DNA of 54,515 bases from an uncultured Candidatus Saccharibacteria bacterium. GTDB lineage: Bacteria; Patescibacteriota; Minisyncoccia; Phycocordibacterales; UBA918. A program made the translations under genes and the position numbers. Below are positions 34,248-43,990 of this stretch, piece after piece; within the stretch, counting starts at the first letter, position 1, and each line of letters starts with the position of its first letter. The notes under the pieces were generated by a model that did no database searches, had not been told where the DNA came from, and worked only from the letters and a program-made list of their open reading frames with translations. The DNA is taken from contig CAZKFF010000008.1 in NCBI GenBank assembly GCA_964552045.1, positions 1-54,515 on the forward strand, written 5' to 3'.

Positions 34248-34274
34248 GTGGACAAGCACCTCTTGCATACAAGA

Positions 34275-34307
34275 CCCCGGCAGCATCGCTGCCGGGGTTG
34301 GTTTTTT
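34275..34307 (+). terminator. intrinsic terminator
   Basis: CCCCGGCAGC-ATC-GCTGCCGGGG followed by TTGGTTTTTTG. Confidence 0.85.
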
Positions 34308-34370
34308 GATGAAATTGACATTATTATAAAAGATTGTATTATTTGATCAGAGGTACCAAGGGAGGTTCCG

Positions 34371-35054
34371 GTGAAGAAAGTCATCACTGCCCTCCTTGTG
34401 GCAGGGCTCATTGCAAGTCTCGGGTTGTGGATCTTCTTCGATCATATCGTGCTTCTGTGGACGAGCGTTCTCAGTGTACTGGTGAAGGGAATGATCTCTG
34501 CACTGGTAAAGGGAACGGTCTTCATGTGGATCGTCTCGCTGTTGCAGCGATGGCTGTGGACTGGACTGCCGCGACTTGTGCTCGGCTTTCTGCTCCGCAT
34601 AGGGGTGCCGCATTCCATCCAGCGCAAGGTCCGGCGGGCCATTACGATCTCCAAGCTGTGGATGCTCAGCACCATGGATGCGGTCAGGAGCAGACTGCAG
34701 CGCATGATCGGGCCGCGCACCGCCGTACTGATCGCACTGGCGGTAACAGTCCTGATCGGCATACTGGCGTTCGTATTCATGGGCGCATACGTGGTCTGGC
34801 TGGTCGGGCCGTCCCGCATCTTTGCGATGCTGGAGTGGCTGCTCTCGCCTTTCTTCCGGTGGCTACAGAATTTCATCTTTCGGCTTCTTGCCAACACCGG
34901 ACTGGTGCGGGTATGGAACTGGGCGGTCACGCTCATCCCTGAACCTTCGCGTAAAGCTACGCGTTCATTCTGGTGGGGTGTCATCAGGAGACGGAGACGT
35001 TTCCTCCTGCGGACGCGCCGACTTCGCCAGATCAAAAAAGTAGCTGCTGAATAG
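34371..35054 (+). CDS. polytopic membrane protein with Arg-rich C-terminus, unknown function
   Basis: GTG start 5 nt after GGAGG. Sequence MKKVITALLVAGLIASLGLWIFF.., tail ..RRRRRFLLRTRRLRQIKK. Confidence 0.6.
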   Translation: MKKVITALLVAGLIASLGLWIFFDHIVLLWTSVLSVLVKGMISALVKGTVFMWIVSLLQRWLWTGLPRLVLGFLLRIGVPHSIQRKVRRAITISKLWMLSTMDAVRSRLQRMIGPRTAVLIALAVTVLIGILAFVFMGAYVVWLVGPSRIFAMLEWLLSPFFRWLQNFIFRLLANTGLVRVWNWAVTLIPEPSRKATRSFWWGVIRRRRRFLLRTRRLRQIKKVAAE

Positions 35055-35062
35055 CGAGCCTC

Positions 35063-35094
35063 ATGGCCGCGACGTACGTCGCGGCCATTTTTTC
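35063..35094 (+). terminator. intrinsic terminator
   Basis: 26-nt palindrome ATGGCCGCGACGTACGTCGCGGCCAT followed by TTTTTT. Confidence 0.85.
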
Positions 35095-35404
35095 TTCTGT
35101 GTCCACACCGCCTGAGTCCGCCGTTCATCAAAAGTTCACCACCGTGCTTTATGATGCAGTCACGCTTATGAAACAATTTTTTGAGGAATTAAAAGTAGGT
35201 CTGGCCGTAGCATTTGATGGTCTCTTCGGATGGTTCCTTCTGATGACCTTCTTCGTGTGGCTTGTTTCGTATCTGCTGTACATATAAATATGAAGAGGCT
35301 TCACCGATACGCTCAGACGGGTTGCGGTGTGCTGTTGCAATAATTTCAACTGTTGAGCGTAGTAGATCTAAGTGGGTCTTGCAAATAGAGACTTGTTTAT
35401 TTTT

Positions 35405-36613
35405 ATGCATAAAGAAGACATATTGAAATTCTGTGCAGTAGGAATTGCTGCAGCAGTGACAACGATACTGATACTGGGCGTAGGACTGTTCTTGCTTCTG
35501 ACATTCAGACCTGGAAGCATCATGCCGGTTCTGTCGGCATTAGGCGCTGCAGAATCGGGCACTGTGCGCACCGAGGATTCATCCGAAGCAAAAGTGATAC
35601 AGGCGGTCAAAAAAGCGAATCCTGCTGTTGTGGCCATCACCGTATCGAAGAATGTGCCCGTGTATGAACGCTACTATACCAATCCATTCAATGACTTTTT
35701 CGGCAACTTTTTTTGGATGCCGCAGATCCGCCAGAACGGCACACAGCTGCAGGAGGTGGGCGGTGGATCAGGCTTCCTGGTCTCGCCTGACGGGTACATT
35801 GTCACGAACCGGCATGTGGTGAGCGACGAGAATGCCCAGTACACCGTATTTACCAACGACGGCGACACCTATGATGCTCAAGTGGTGGCGCGCGATTCGG
35901 TGCTGGATATCGCTGTGCTGAAAATTGAAGGGGAGCATTTCGAGCATCTGCAATTCGGCGATTCCTCTGCGCTTGAGGTAGGCCAAAGCGTCATCGCTAT
36001 CGGCAATGCGCTTGCAGAGTTCCGCAATACCGTATCGGTCGGCGTCGTCTCCGGCCTGTCCCGTTCCATTGTTGCTTCCGATCAGCGCGGAGAACTTGAG
36101 TCGCTTGAGGAGCTTATCCAGACCGATGCGGCGATCAACAGCGGCAACTCCGGCGGGCCGCTCCTTAATCTCTCCGGCGAAGTGATCGGAGTGAATGTCG
36201 CTATCGTGAGCGGCGCACAGAACGTCGGCTTTGCGCTGAGCGCCAACAGTGTGAAGAACATTGTCGCATCGGTGCAGGAGACGGGAGAGATCACCCGTCC
36301 GTATCTGGGGGTGCGATATATTCCTATCACAGAGGCACTGAAGGAGCGGAACGATCTGCCGGTTGACCATGGCGTTCTGGTGCAGCGCGGGACGAGTGCC
36401 GAGGAATTGGCTGTCATCCCCGATTCTCCCGCTGATAAGGCAGGCATTCTTGAGAATGACATCATCCTTGGGGTTGACGGGACACCGATTGATGCTGAAC
36501 ATTCGCTGTCCTCGCTTATCGCGCGAAAGAAGATCGGCGATACAATACGGCTGGTGGTGCTGAGCAAAGGGACACAGAAGGAAGTCTTTGCGACCATAGA
36601 AGCGATGCCGTGA
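35405..36613 (+). CDS. htrA: HtrA/DegP-family serine protease with PDZ domain
   Basis: Catalytic triad contexts TNRHVV, DIAVLKI and GNSGGPLLN. C-terminal PDZ (GVLV..PADKAGI). ATG at 35405. Confidence 0.9.
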   Translation: MHKEDILKFCAVGIAAAVTTILILGVGLFLLLTFRPGSIMPVLSALGAAESGTVRTEDSSEAKVIQAVKKANPAVVAITVSKNVPVYERYYTNPFNDFFGNFFWMPQIRQNGTQLQEVGGGSGFLVSPDGYIVTNRHVVSDENAQYTVFTNDGDTYDAQVVARDSVLDIAVLKIEGEHFEHLQFGDSSALEVGQSVIAIGNALAEFRNTVSVGVVSGLSRSIVASDQRGELESLEELIQTDAAINSGNSGGPLLNLSGEVIGVNVAIVSGAQNVGFALSANSVKNIVASVQETGEITRPYLGVRYIPITEALKERNDLPVDHGVLVQRGTSAEELAVIPDSPADKAGILENDIILGVDGTPIDAEHSLSSLIARKKIGDTIRLVVLSKGTQKEVFATIEAMP

Positions 36614-36645
36614 ACAAAAAATCCCCATATGGGGATTTTTTGTTC
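36612..36645. terminator. palindromic terminator
   Basis: GAACAAAAAATCCCC-ATAT-GGGGATTTTTTGTTC. Confidence 0.8.
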
Positions 36646-36720
36646 ATAGCGTATTCATGCACTCTGCATATGCTGAGAAGACCGCATCATACGACGTTAC
36701 CAGTATAATCACCAAACCAT

Positions 36721-37221
36721 ATGCTCGAGAACAAAAAAGAATTACCTGAGACCGCTGGTACGCCGCCTGGTGCACCGGTCCGCAGGGAAGAGACATCGCT
36801 GCGTGATCTCTTCAACCGCTTCCTTGAAGAGGATTTTTTTGGCGAACCATTTGATTTTGCACGCAGCAGCAGGCTTGCCTCCCTGTTCAACAGGCAGTTC
36901 GTGCCACGCATTGATATCAGTGAAACAGATACGCATGTGAAGGTCGTAGCGGATGTGCCCGGTGTCGATCCTGAGAATATCGATATACATATTGAAGGAG
37001 ACAGAATGCACATACGCGGCAAGACCGAACGCACCAGCACGCCCAATGAGCGCCCGTACCGATACGAACGTACATACGGTGAGTTCCAGAGAGAATTCAC
37101 CTTGCCCACTCCTGTGAAGCAGGATGAGATAAAAGCGGCCTACAAAGACGGTATACTTACCGTAACGCTTCCGAAAGCAGAGGGAAGCAGAAGAGAAAAA
37201 ATACAGATTGAACGGCAGTAA
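36721..37221 (+). CDS. Hsp20/alpha-crystallin small heat-shock protein
   Basis: PRIDISETDTHVKVVADVPGV..GEFQREFTLP..AAYKDGILTVTLPK. Confidence 0.9.
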   Translation: MLENKKELPETAGTPPGAPVRREETSLRDLFNRFLEEDFFGEPFDFARSSRLASLFNRQFVPRIDISETDTHVKVVADVPGVDPENIDIHIEGDRMHIRGKTERTSTPNERPYRYERTYGEFQREFTLPTPVKQDEIKAAYKDGILTVTLPKAEGSRREKIQIERQ

Positions 37222-37225
37222 CATC

Positions 37226-37675
37226 ATGCGTATGAAAATAGCAAGCGAAGCGTTCGAAGACAATGCGCTCATACCAAAGGAACATACCTGCGAGGGAACA
37301 GACATCCATCCGTCGTTTGTAGTGGATGATCTGCCGGATGGCACACAGAGTATTGTGCTCATTGTGTGCGATCCGGACGCCCCGTCGGGAGATTTTGTGC
37401 ATTGGCTGGTGTGGAATATTGATCCTTCAGAGCTGCATATTGCCAAAGGAACAGTGCCTGCGGGGGCGGTGGAAGGCTTCAACGACTTCGGCAAGATGGG
37501 CTGGAGCGGCCCGTGTCCGCCGTTCGGCACGCACCGCTATGAGTTCCGTGTATACGCGCTCGATTCACTCATCGCTCTTCCGGAGACCGCGAATAAAACC
37601 GACCTGCGGAGTGAGCTCGGCGGCCGCATCCTCGATGAGGCGCTGCTTGTCGGGTTCTATGCGCGTGAATCCTGA
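37226..37675 (+). CDS. YbhB/YbcL-family PEBP (Raf-kinase-inhibitor-like) protein
   Basis: CDPDAPSGDFVHWLVWNI..GPCPPFGTHRYEFRVYALD. ATG at 37226. Confidence 0.85.
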   Translation: MRMKIASEAFEDNALIPKEHTCEGTDIHPSFVVDDLPDGTQSIVLIVCDPDAPSGDFVHWLVWNIDPSELHIAKGTVPAGAVEGFNDFGKMGWSGPCPPFGTHRYEFRVYALDSLIALPETANKTDLRSELGGRILDEALLVGFYARES

Positions 37676-37708
37676 GAGTTTCTTATTACTCACTTTTATA
37701 TATCCCTT

Positions 37709-38749
37709 ATGAAATATTTCATCGCTTTTTTAATTATCGTGCTCATGGCTTTGGGTGCGTACATGACCTTCACCCGGAACGTGTCTGCGCCGGAGGAAGA
37801 AGAGCAGACACCGCTGCGCGAAATATATATGAGCGACACCTATGGTTTTTCATTTACAGTGCCTGAAGGATATACCTTCCATGAGTATACGCAGGAGTCG
37901 ATATCGGTTGGGAATCCTCTTGACGACGGATTCCTGAGCGTTGCTGACGTTCGCCTGTACGCTGCAGGAGAGGATGTCGCGTTCGGATCATACGACGCGT
38001 TCATCACACAGACACTCAAAAATATGTGTGCGGCGGATGGTCCCAATGAGACCATATACTGCACGGATGTCACCGACCGCCAGCCATTTGCTGCCAGTAC
38101 CGGACTGCAAGGGGAAGTGCTCTATCTGGACCGCATCCATGAAGACCGTGCCACTGGTGCACAAAAGATGGACAGGTTTGGTCCGGTATTCGTCTTCAAT
38201 ATTCAGGCGAATGTTCCACAGTCTGACTTTGCTGCGCTTGCGGTTCAACCGCCTGCTAACCTCAGTGCCACAGATGTGCAAAGCGCTCTCGTGCGCAGCG
38301 TGGCAGACAGCGTCAATATAGAGGCACAGGATGACGCGTGGGTGACCACAGAGGACTCCGGCGCAGTGTTCGAGTATCCTGCGGCACTGCCGACATTCTA
38401 TACTGAAGCGGTTGACTGGCCGCCGAGCGTCCAGGTGCTTGACGAGCCGTACTCATGCACGGAAGCGGGGAGCATCACTGATCGGACAGGTGCCACTGCA
38501 GAACGGACGTATGACGGCACGCCGTACTGCGTCACCGAAGTTGTTGAAGGCGCCGCAGGAAGCATCTATACGCAATATGCGTATCTGTTCGCGAAGGAAG
38601 ATAAGACGATCGCGCTTACGTTCAGCACCCGGACAGTCCAGTGTGGCAACTTCGACGAAGTACAGCGCGCTTCCTGCGAGCTCGAGCGTAATACCAATGA
38701 TATCGACTCGATCGTGCATGAGATAGCGCAGACGCTTCGCCTCCAATAG
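37709..38749 (+). CDS. hypothetical secreted or anchored protein
   Basis: N-terminal TM MKYFIAFLIIVLMALGAYM. No family recognised. Confidence 0.6.
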   Translation: MKYFIAFLIIVLMALGAYMTFTRNVSAPEEEEQTPLREIYMSDTYGFSFTVPEGYTFHEYTQESISVGNPLDDGFLSVADVRLYAAGEDVAFGSYDAFITQTLKNMCAADGPNETIYCTDVTDRQPFAASTGLQGEVLYLDRIHEDRATGAQKMDRFGPVFVFNIQANVPQSDFAALAVQPPANLSATDVQSALVRSVADSVNIEAQDDAWVTTEDSGAVFEYPAALPTFYTEAVDWPPSVQVLDEPYSCTEAGSITDRTGATAERTYDGTPYCVTEVVEGAAGSIYTQYAYLFAKEDKTIALTFSTRTVQCGNFDEVQRASCELERNTNDIDSIVHEIAQTLRLQ

Positions 38750-38772
38750 AGAACCGTCGTACACCCAGTTTT

Positions 38773-38781
38773 TGCTATACT
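38773..38781 (+). promoter_or_regulatory. putative extended -10 (TGcTATACT) 7 nt upstream of the rarA ATG
   Basis: TTTGCTATACTGGGAACAATG. Confidence 0.4.
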
Positions 38782-38788
38782 GGGAACA

Positions 38789-39940
38789 ATGGAGCCGCTT
38801 GCGTCACAAGTGAGGCCAGTACGCCTCGAGGAATTCGTGGGCCAGGATCATCTGGTGGGTTTGGGCATGCCTTTGCGCGTAGCCATTGAGGAGAAGCATC
38901 TGTTCTCGTTCATACTTTGGGGGCCGCCGGGAGTTGGAAAGACTACGCTCGCACGTATATATGCGCAGAGCGTCAATGCGCTCTTTTATGAACTCTCCGC
39001 GGTTTCAGCAGGAAAAGAGGATATCCGAAAGATCGTCAACGAGCGTCCGTCTTTGCCTGGACAGCCCAAGATACTGTTCCTCGATGAGATACATCGTTTC
39101 AATAAATCCCAGCAGGATTTTCTGCTGCCGTATGTGGAATCGGGCGAGCTGACACTTGTTGGCGCTACAACGGAAAATCCGAGCTTCGAGGTTATTTCGC
39201 CGCTCCTCTCCCGTGCACGGGTATTTGTGCTCAACGAACTGAGCGTTGACGAGATGAAACGCCTTATCAGACACGCGGCAAAGCGCGCCAAGATGAAGAT
39301 CAAAGCTCCGGCGCTCCAGTGGCTTTCAGAGCTTGCCAATGGCGATGCCCGGCAGGCGCTTTCCATGCTTGAGGCAACCCATCATCTGTATGGGGAACTG
39401 ACAATTGAGCATTTTAAACAGGCATTGCAGTCAAAATTTCTCCGCTATGACAAGAAAGGGGAGGAACATTACAATACGATCTCAGCATTCATAAAAAGCA
39501 TGCGCGCGTCCCAGGCTGATGCTGCCATGTACTACCTCGCACGCATGCTTGACGCCGGCGAGGATCCGAAGTTCATAGCGCGGAGAATGATCATTTTTGC
39601 GAGCGAGGACATCGGGCTTGCTCAGCCGACGGCACTTGTTGTCGCCAATGCGGTATTTGAAGCCGTAGAGAAGGTCGGCCTCCCTGAGGCATCGCTCAAT
39701 CTTGCTCATGGTGTTGCGTATCTTTCTCAAGCAAAGAAAGACCGTACCGCCAACGATGCTATCGGTCGTGCGATGCATGATGTACAGCAGTACGGCAACC
39801 TGCCTATACCGCTCATGATCCGCAATGCACCGACCAAGCTCATGAAAGAGCTCGGCTATAAAAAAGGATATGAGAAATATACGAAAGAGGATCTCCTTCC
39901 GGATAAGCTCAAAGGTAAAAAATATTTTCCGAGGAAGTAA
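38789..39940 (+). CDS. rarA: replication-associated recombination protein A (AAA+ ATPase)
   Basis: Walker [12 protein letters not shown], Walker [10 protein letters not shown]-terminal MgsA domain ([27 protein letters not shown]). Confidence 0.9.
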   Translation: MEPLASQVRPVRLEEFVGQDHLVGLGMPLRVAIEEKHLFSFILWGPPGVGKTTLARIYAQSVNALFYELSAVSAGKEDIRKIVNERPSLPGQPKILFLDEIHRFNKSQQDFLLPYVESGELTLVGATTENPSFEVISPLLSRARVFVLNELSVDEMKRLIRHAAKRAKMKIKAPALQWLSELANGDARQALSMLEATHHLYGELTIEHFKQALQSKFLRYDKKGEEHYNTISAFIKSMRASQADAAMYYLARMLDAGEDPKFIARRMIIFASEDIGLAQPTALVVANAVFEAVEKVGLPEASLNLAHGVAYLSQAKKDRTANDAIGRAMHDVQQYGNLPIPLMIRNAPTKLMKELGYKKGYEKYTKEDLLPDKLKGKKYFPRK

Positions 39941-39946
39941 GCGTAA

Positions 39947-40882
39947 CTATTGAGGGAACGAGAAACTGCCGGCCCCCTCAGGTACTGCGGCCTCTTGTGT
40001 TGCGGATCCATCGTCATCTTGAGGAGTTGCGGTGGCCGTGGTAGTCGATTCAGTGGTTTCCGGTTCTATTCTTCCGCCGTACTCCTCAACTTCGATGAAG
40101 CGGAGCGCTTCAGCAATGGCTGATATTGCCCGTGGGAAGTCGCCCTTCTCCACGGCAGGCGCAACACGGTTGATGTAAACCTGTGCGTCATCGACAGCTG
40201 CCTGGTCCAATTCCGTATTCTCGAGCTTCCGTGAGACTGCCTGAAGCTGCTGCGTAATGAACGCGTAGATATTTTGCGGCGTCTCGCGCTCCACGAACCG
40301 GTCGGTTGTATCATTGAACAGGTTCACGCTCTGTCGGCGCACATCCTCCATCTCTTCTCCAAGCGCTTCCAGTCCGGGAGTGTTCTCGCTTATTTCCTCT
40401 ATTGCTGCGGCGACGCTCGCAAATGAGCCCAGTACAGAAAGCGTATCCGGATACGTCATACCGTTGTCCGGAAGATTGATCAGTTCTGTGAACTTTGAGT
40501 GATGTGCATAGACCTGTTCTTTGTATGCGTCAATTTCTTCCTGCGTGACCTCTTCTTCTGATGAAAGCCGCTTTATTTCATCCAGACGCGCCTCCATGCG
40601 ACGCACCTGGTACTGTGCCTTACTTTTTGTGCCGAACTGCACTGAACCCTGAAGCGGCTCGAGAAGTCCGGTCTTCATACCGTACAGTGTGCTTCCCGGA
40701 AGGCTCCGCGATGCCATGAAACCAAGTGCCAAAAGCAGCAGGAAAAGTATGAGCGCGACAACAGCAGCGGTCTTTGTCTGCTGTGTGAGCGTGCTTGTCT
40801 GCTGCCACCATGTATACAGGCTCAACTGACCAGCGTTCGGAGATGTGTGGCGCTCGCCGTCTGTATGTTCATCGTTATTCAT
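39947..40882 (-). CDS. membrane-anchored coiled-coil protein (DUF5667-like)
   Basis: TM AAVVALILFLLLLALGF followed by LPGSTLYGMK..RRMEARLDEIKRL. Family assignment is tentative. Confidence 0.55.
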   Translation of the reverse strand: MNNDEHTDGERHTSPNAGQLSLYTWWQQTSTLTQQTKTAAVVALILFLLLLALGFMASRSLPGSTLYGMKTGLLEPLQGSVQFGTKSKAQYQVRRMEARLDEIKRLSSEEEVTQEEIDAYKEQVYAHHSKFTELINLPDNGMTYPDTLSVLGSFASVAAAIEEISENTPGLEALGEEMEDVRRQSVNLFNDTTDRFVERETPQNIYAFITQQLQAVSRKLENTELDQAAVDDAQVYINRVAPAVEKGDFPRAISAIAEALRFIEVEEYGGRIEPETTESTTTATATPQDDDGSATQEAAVPEGAGSFSFPQ

Positions 40883-41263
40883 AGGTCAATTACATTATTC
40901 TGGTTCACGATCTGTAGGACTTTAGCGCATTTCGATGAAGACGTAATGAAGAGCTTAACTTTACCATATCTTCATCTTCCTTTCGTATAAATTATACATG
41001 CGGATCTTAAAAGCGCTGTTCAGTATTTTTCTCATAGCATATACGCTCTATCGGCGTCTACGAGTGCTGTTCAGTCTATTCCGACGATGATATGGCTGTC
41101 TTTTTAAAATTAGTTATTGGGTTCTTCCTCCTGCTCGTTGCGGCGCTTCTGCTGCTGGCATACCTCGGTCCATCAGACGTACCGGGCGACAGATATGGGC
41201 AGGGCTTCACGGCTACTTCATGTGTATGAGCAACTATAGCAGAGAAATGACAGAGCAAAAAAT

Positions 41264-41638
41264 ATGAAAAAGAATGCACTGAGCAAGTATGCGTATTTCT
41301 GGGTGACACTCATACTCTTCCTGGGGAGTTTTATTGGACACTGGACTTTTGCGTGGTTCGCTTTCGTTAATGAGCAGACTGATCATAACCAGGATGTGGT
41401 CGTTGGGGAATACATTGTCGAAGTTGCCCGTGATACGTTTGAAAATTGGCAATCAGAGTTTTTGCAGCTTATCTGGCAAGTAGCTGGCCTCGCACTGCTC
41501 CTGTATGTCGGGTCACCGCAGTCCAAGGAAGGTGATGAACGAAAGGAAGAGAAACTCGACCACATTCTGCGCGCTGCATATGGCAGGGACGGACAGGACA
41601 TTCTCGACGAACTCGACAGAAAGTACCCTCGGTCGTGA
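41264..41638 (+). CDS. small membrane protein (DUF6766-like)
   Basis: Two TMs and an FENWQSEFLQ motif. Family assignment is tentative. Confidence 0.5.
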   Translation: MKKNALSKYAYFWVTLILFLGSFIGHWTFAWFAFVNEQTDHNQDVVVGEYIVEVARDTFENWQSEFLQLIWQVAGLALLLYVGSPQSKEGDERKEEKLDHILRAAYGRDGQDILDELDRKYPRS

Positions 41639-41673
41639 TTGCATTCACTGTATAAGAGGTGCATAGTGTTATT

Positions 41674-42060
41674 ATGAAAACAGACGATGAACTGCAGCAG
41701 CAGGATCCCGAACTGTATCGGGTCGCGCGTGAGAAGGGGACTGAAGCGCCATTCTCCGGAACATACGTGCATGAGAAAAAGCGGGGCATGTATCACTGTG
41801 CTGTCTGCGATGCGCCACTGTTCTCCTCGGAAACCAAGTTTGAAAGCAATACCGGTTGGCCGTCGTTCACTGATCCGGCTTTTGCGAACGCAGTAACGAT
41901 TCACACTGACGAATCGCATGGCATGGTACGCACCGAGGTGCGGTGCGCGCACTGCGGAGCGCACCTGGGGCATGTGTTTCCTGACGGTCCGCAGAAGGCC
42001 GGGAAGGTGTGCGACCGTTACTGCATCAACAGCGTTTCACTGACGCTCAAAGAAGAGTGA
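41674..42060 (+). CDS. msrB: peptide-methionine (R)-S-oxide reductase
   Basis: [38 protein letters not shown]. Confidence 0.9.
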   Translation: MKTDDELQQQDPELYRVAREKGTEAPFSGTYVHEKKRGMYHCAVCDAPLFSSETKFESNTGWPSFTDPAFANAVTIHTDESHGMVRTEVRCAHCGAHLGHVFPDGPQKAGKVCDRYCINSVSLTLKEE

Positions 42061-42066
42061 TATTCT

Positions 42067-42529
42067 ATGGAAAAGCAAGCGGTACTCGCAGGAGGTTCTG
42101 CGCTTTTGCCGGGTATTGTCGAACTGATACAGGAAGACTGCCATACCATCGGTGCTCGCTGATCCGCTTTTGAAGGTCAAAGGGCATGAGGTGCTCGGGT
42201 CAGGAACTCCGGGCATATTGTTCGCCTCAGTCATCGGATTGGCCCTCTATGCAAAACAGCGCCGCAGAAGCGATATTCATTTGCTCGGCAAGTACCGGTA
42301 TGAAGAAGGTGACACTAAAAAGGAGCTGCCGCGCATACAGGATATCCGCACCCTGAACGATCTGTATTATTACACCTACAGCACCGTGCAGAATGTCCGG
42401 AGTCTTCTGGATGAACGCGCCGATCTCTTTGCAAAGAAAATGACGCTACCGATCCAGCTGATACTGAGCCTTCTGTTTTTGATGTGTACGCTTGCATTTC
42501 TCGTTTGGGTTGTCCTTACATACATGTAA
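42067..42529 (+). pseudogene. 5'-truncated, frameshifted pilM-like (actin-fold ATPase C-terminus) remnant fused to a TM tail
   Basis: 42067..42162 gives MEKQAVLAGGSALLPGIVELIQEDCHTIGAR*. The +1 frame (ORF 42152..42529) continues LADPLLKVKG..LFASVIGLALY, like a PilM/FtsA C-terminus, and only ~75 aa of that domain remain. Confidence 0.45.
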
Positions 42530-42534
42530 AATAT

Positions 42535-42999
42535 ATGCATATGTTCAGTTCGACGCACAAAGGGTTCACTCTCATAGAAGTACTCCTAGTCATCGCGATC
42601 CTTGCGATCCTCGCTTCGATCGTGATCATCGCCATTAATCCTGCAAAGCAGTTTGCGAGCGCTCGCGATGCGCAGCGCTTGAGCGATGTCTACTCGATCA
42701 TGAATGCGCTCCATCAGTATGCGCTTGATAACGAAGGAGCGTTTCCTGATGCACTTTCAACTGAGGAGCTCGAGATATGCCGTACCGACAGCGATTCCTG
42801 CGAGGGGCTCTCTGACCTCTCAGAGCTCACCAACGACCAGCTCTATCTGGTATCTATGCCGCTCGATCCGCAGTGTCCATCCTCAGACGCCAATTGTGAC
42901 GCAAATGGCACCGGATATTTTGTCGGTCTCACCGACGGCGGCCGAGTCACGGTCAATGCGTATGGTGCTGAAGACAGTGAGATAAGCATTACCCGCTAG
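42535..42999 (+). CDS. type IV pilin-like protein (prepilin N-terminal cleavage/methylation domain)
   Basis: ..HKG/FTLIEVLLVIAILAILASIVIIAINP. The alternative ATG at 42541 is 8 nt after TAAAAT. Confidence 0.85.
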   Translation: MHMFSSTHKGFTLIEVLLVIAILAILASIVIIAINPAKQFASARDAQRLSDVYSIMNALHQYALDNEGAFPDALSTEELEICRTDSDSCEGLSDLSELTNDQLYLVSMPLDPQCPSSDANCDANGTGYFVGLTDGGRVTVNAYGAEDSEISITR

Positions 43000-43064
43000 G
43001 CCACATGAGGGGATAATGTTCATTGTCTGCACCCTATAGAGCTTTATATACTTGAGTGGTTACT

Positions 43065-43073
43065 TGTCATACT
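43065..43073 (+). promoter_or_regulatory. putative extended -10 (TGtCATACT) 7 nt upstream of the ATG at 43081
   Basis: TTGTCATACTTTTTTTCATG. Confidence 0.35.
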
Positions 43074-43080
43074 TTTTTTC

Positions 43081-43554
43081 ATGAATACACACCGCGCAGT
43101 CTTCCGCAGCGCATCAGGATTTACCCTCATAGAAGTACTCCTGGTCATTGCCATACTCGCTATTCTGGCGGCAGTTGTGATTGTCGCTATCAATCCGGCA
43201 AAACAGTTTGGCGAAGCGCAGAATGCGCAGCGCAGAAGTGATGTCAGGTCGATACTTGATGCTGTACACCAATACAGCATTGATAATTTCGGTTCACTTC
43301 CGTCCGACAGCATTCCCTCGGGTTCGGCCTGCAGCACCGACGGCGCAGAGATATGCGTTTCCGGAGCTGCCTGCACCGGTGTCAGCCTTGACGATCTCAT
43401 TGATGAGGAACTTTATCTCACCGACATCCCGACGGATCCGACAGCAGCGAGCGATCTTGGTACCGGCTATTATATTTTTGAAAACGGCAACGGGCGCATC
43501 GGAGTCTGTGCTCCTTCAGCGTATGGTGACGTGGATATTAGTGTGATACGATGA
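43081..43554 (+). CDS. type IV pilin-like protein (paralog of 42535)
   Basis: ..ASG/FTLIEVLLVIAILAILAAVVIVAINPAKQF. Shares the ..ELYL..P.DP.. motif and the C-terminal ..ISVIR/ISITR with its neighbour. Confidence 0.85.
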   Translation: MNTHRAVFRSASGFTLIEVLLVIAILAILAAVVIVAINPAKQFGEAQNAQRRSDVRSILDAVHQYSIDNFGSLPSDSIPSGSACSTDGAEICVSGAACTGVSLDDLIDEELYLTDIPTDPTAASDLGTGYYIFENGNGRIGVCAPSAYGDVDISVIR

Positions 43555-43561
43555 AAATCAT

Positions 43562-43945
43562 ATGGCGGGGAGGAGAACGCTGACAAAAATCATCTCAGGA
43601 GCATTGGCAATAACTGCCTGCCTGCTCGTCGTCTCGTTCAGCATGCATGCTTTGCAGATCAAGCATGTGCACCCCGGTTCCGACGCGCATACGCAGGGAA
43701 AGACCGAAGTGCTCAGCGAATATATGCACGGAGCGGAGAAAAAGCTGTTCCTCTATACGCTGGCGTCTTTCTTGTTACTTGGCGCCTTTCTCTCCGCTGT
43801 TGCACGTACCTATCCGGCCTCCCTGCACATCCACAAACTCAGTTCGATACTGCGCCGCTATGCCGGCGTTCCTCTGCATCCATATTTTTTCAGTTATCTC
43901 CGTATTCTTTTTACAGCGGGAATTTTAAATCCCAAGCTCTTTTAA
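43562..43945 (+). CDS. small 2-TM protein with His-rich loop and C-terminal GILNPKLF motif (paralog of 11529..11957)
   Basis: TMs IISGALAITACLLVVSF and LFLYTLASFLLLGAFLSAV. Loop HALQIKHVHPGSDAHTQ..YMHG. C-terminus LFTAGILNPKLF. Confidence 0.65.
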   Translation: MAGRRTLTKIISGALAITACLLVVSFSMHALQIKHVHPGSDAHTQGKTEVLSEYMHGAEKKLFLYTLASFLLLGAFLSAVARTYPASLHIHKLSSILRRYAGVPLHPYFFSYLRILFTAGILNPKLF

Positions 43946-43990
43946 CGCGCATACCGTAGTCCTTATTAGAGTCAATACATACCATTAACT

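Noticed and set aside
35063-35287. 74-aa + strand ORF after the G+C-rich module (possible 40-aa membrane peptide starting MKQFFEEL.. near 35168)
   Set aside because: The listed ORF begins inside the terminator palindrome. The shorter version is hydrophobic but has no convincing start signal, so it was left unannotated.
40983-41230. Two tiny hydrophobic ORFs (MRILKALFSIFLIAYTLYRR.. and MAVFLKLVIGFFLLLVAALLLLAYLG..) in the 380-nt gap before 41264
   Set aside because: They are below a size where coding can be judged from sequence alone. They are noted only as candidates for ribosome profiling.
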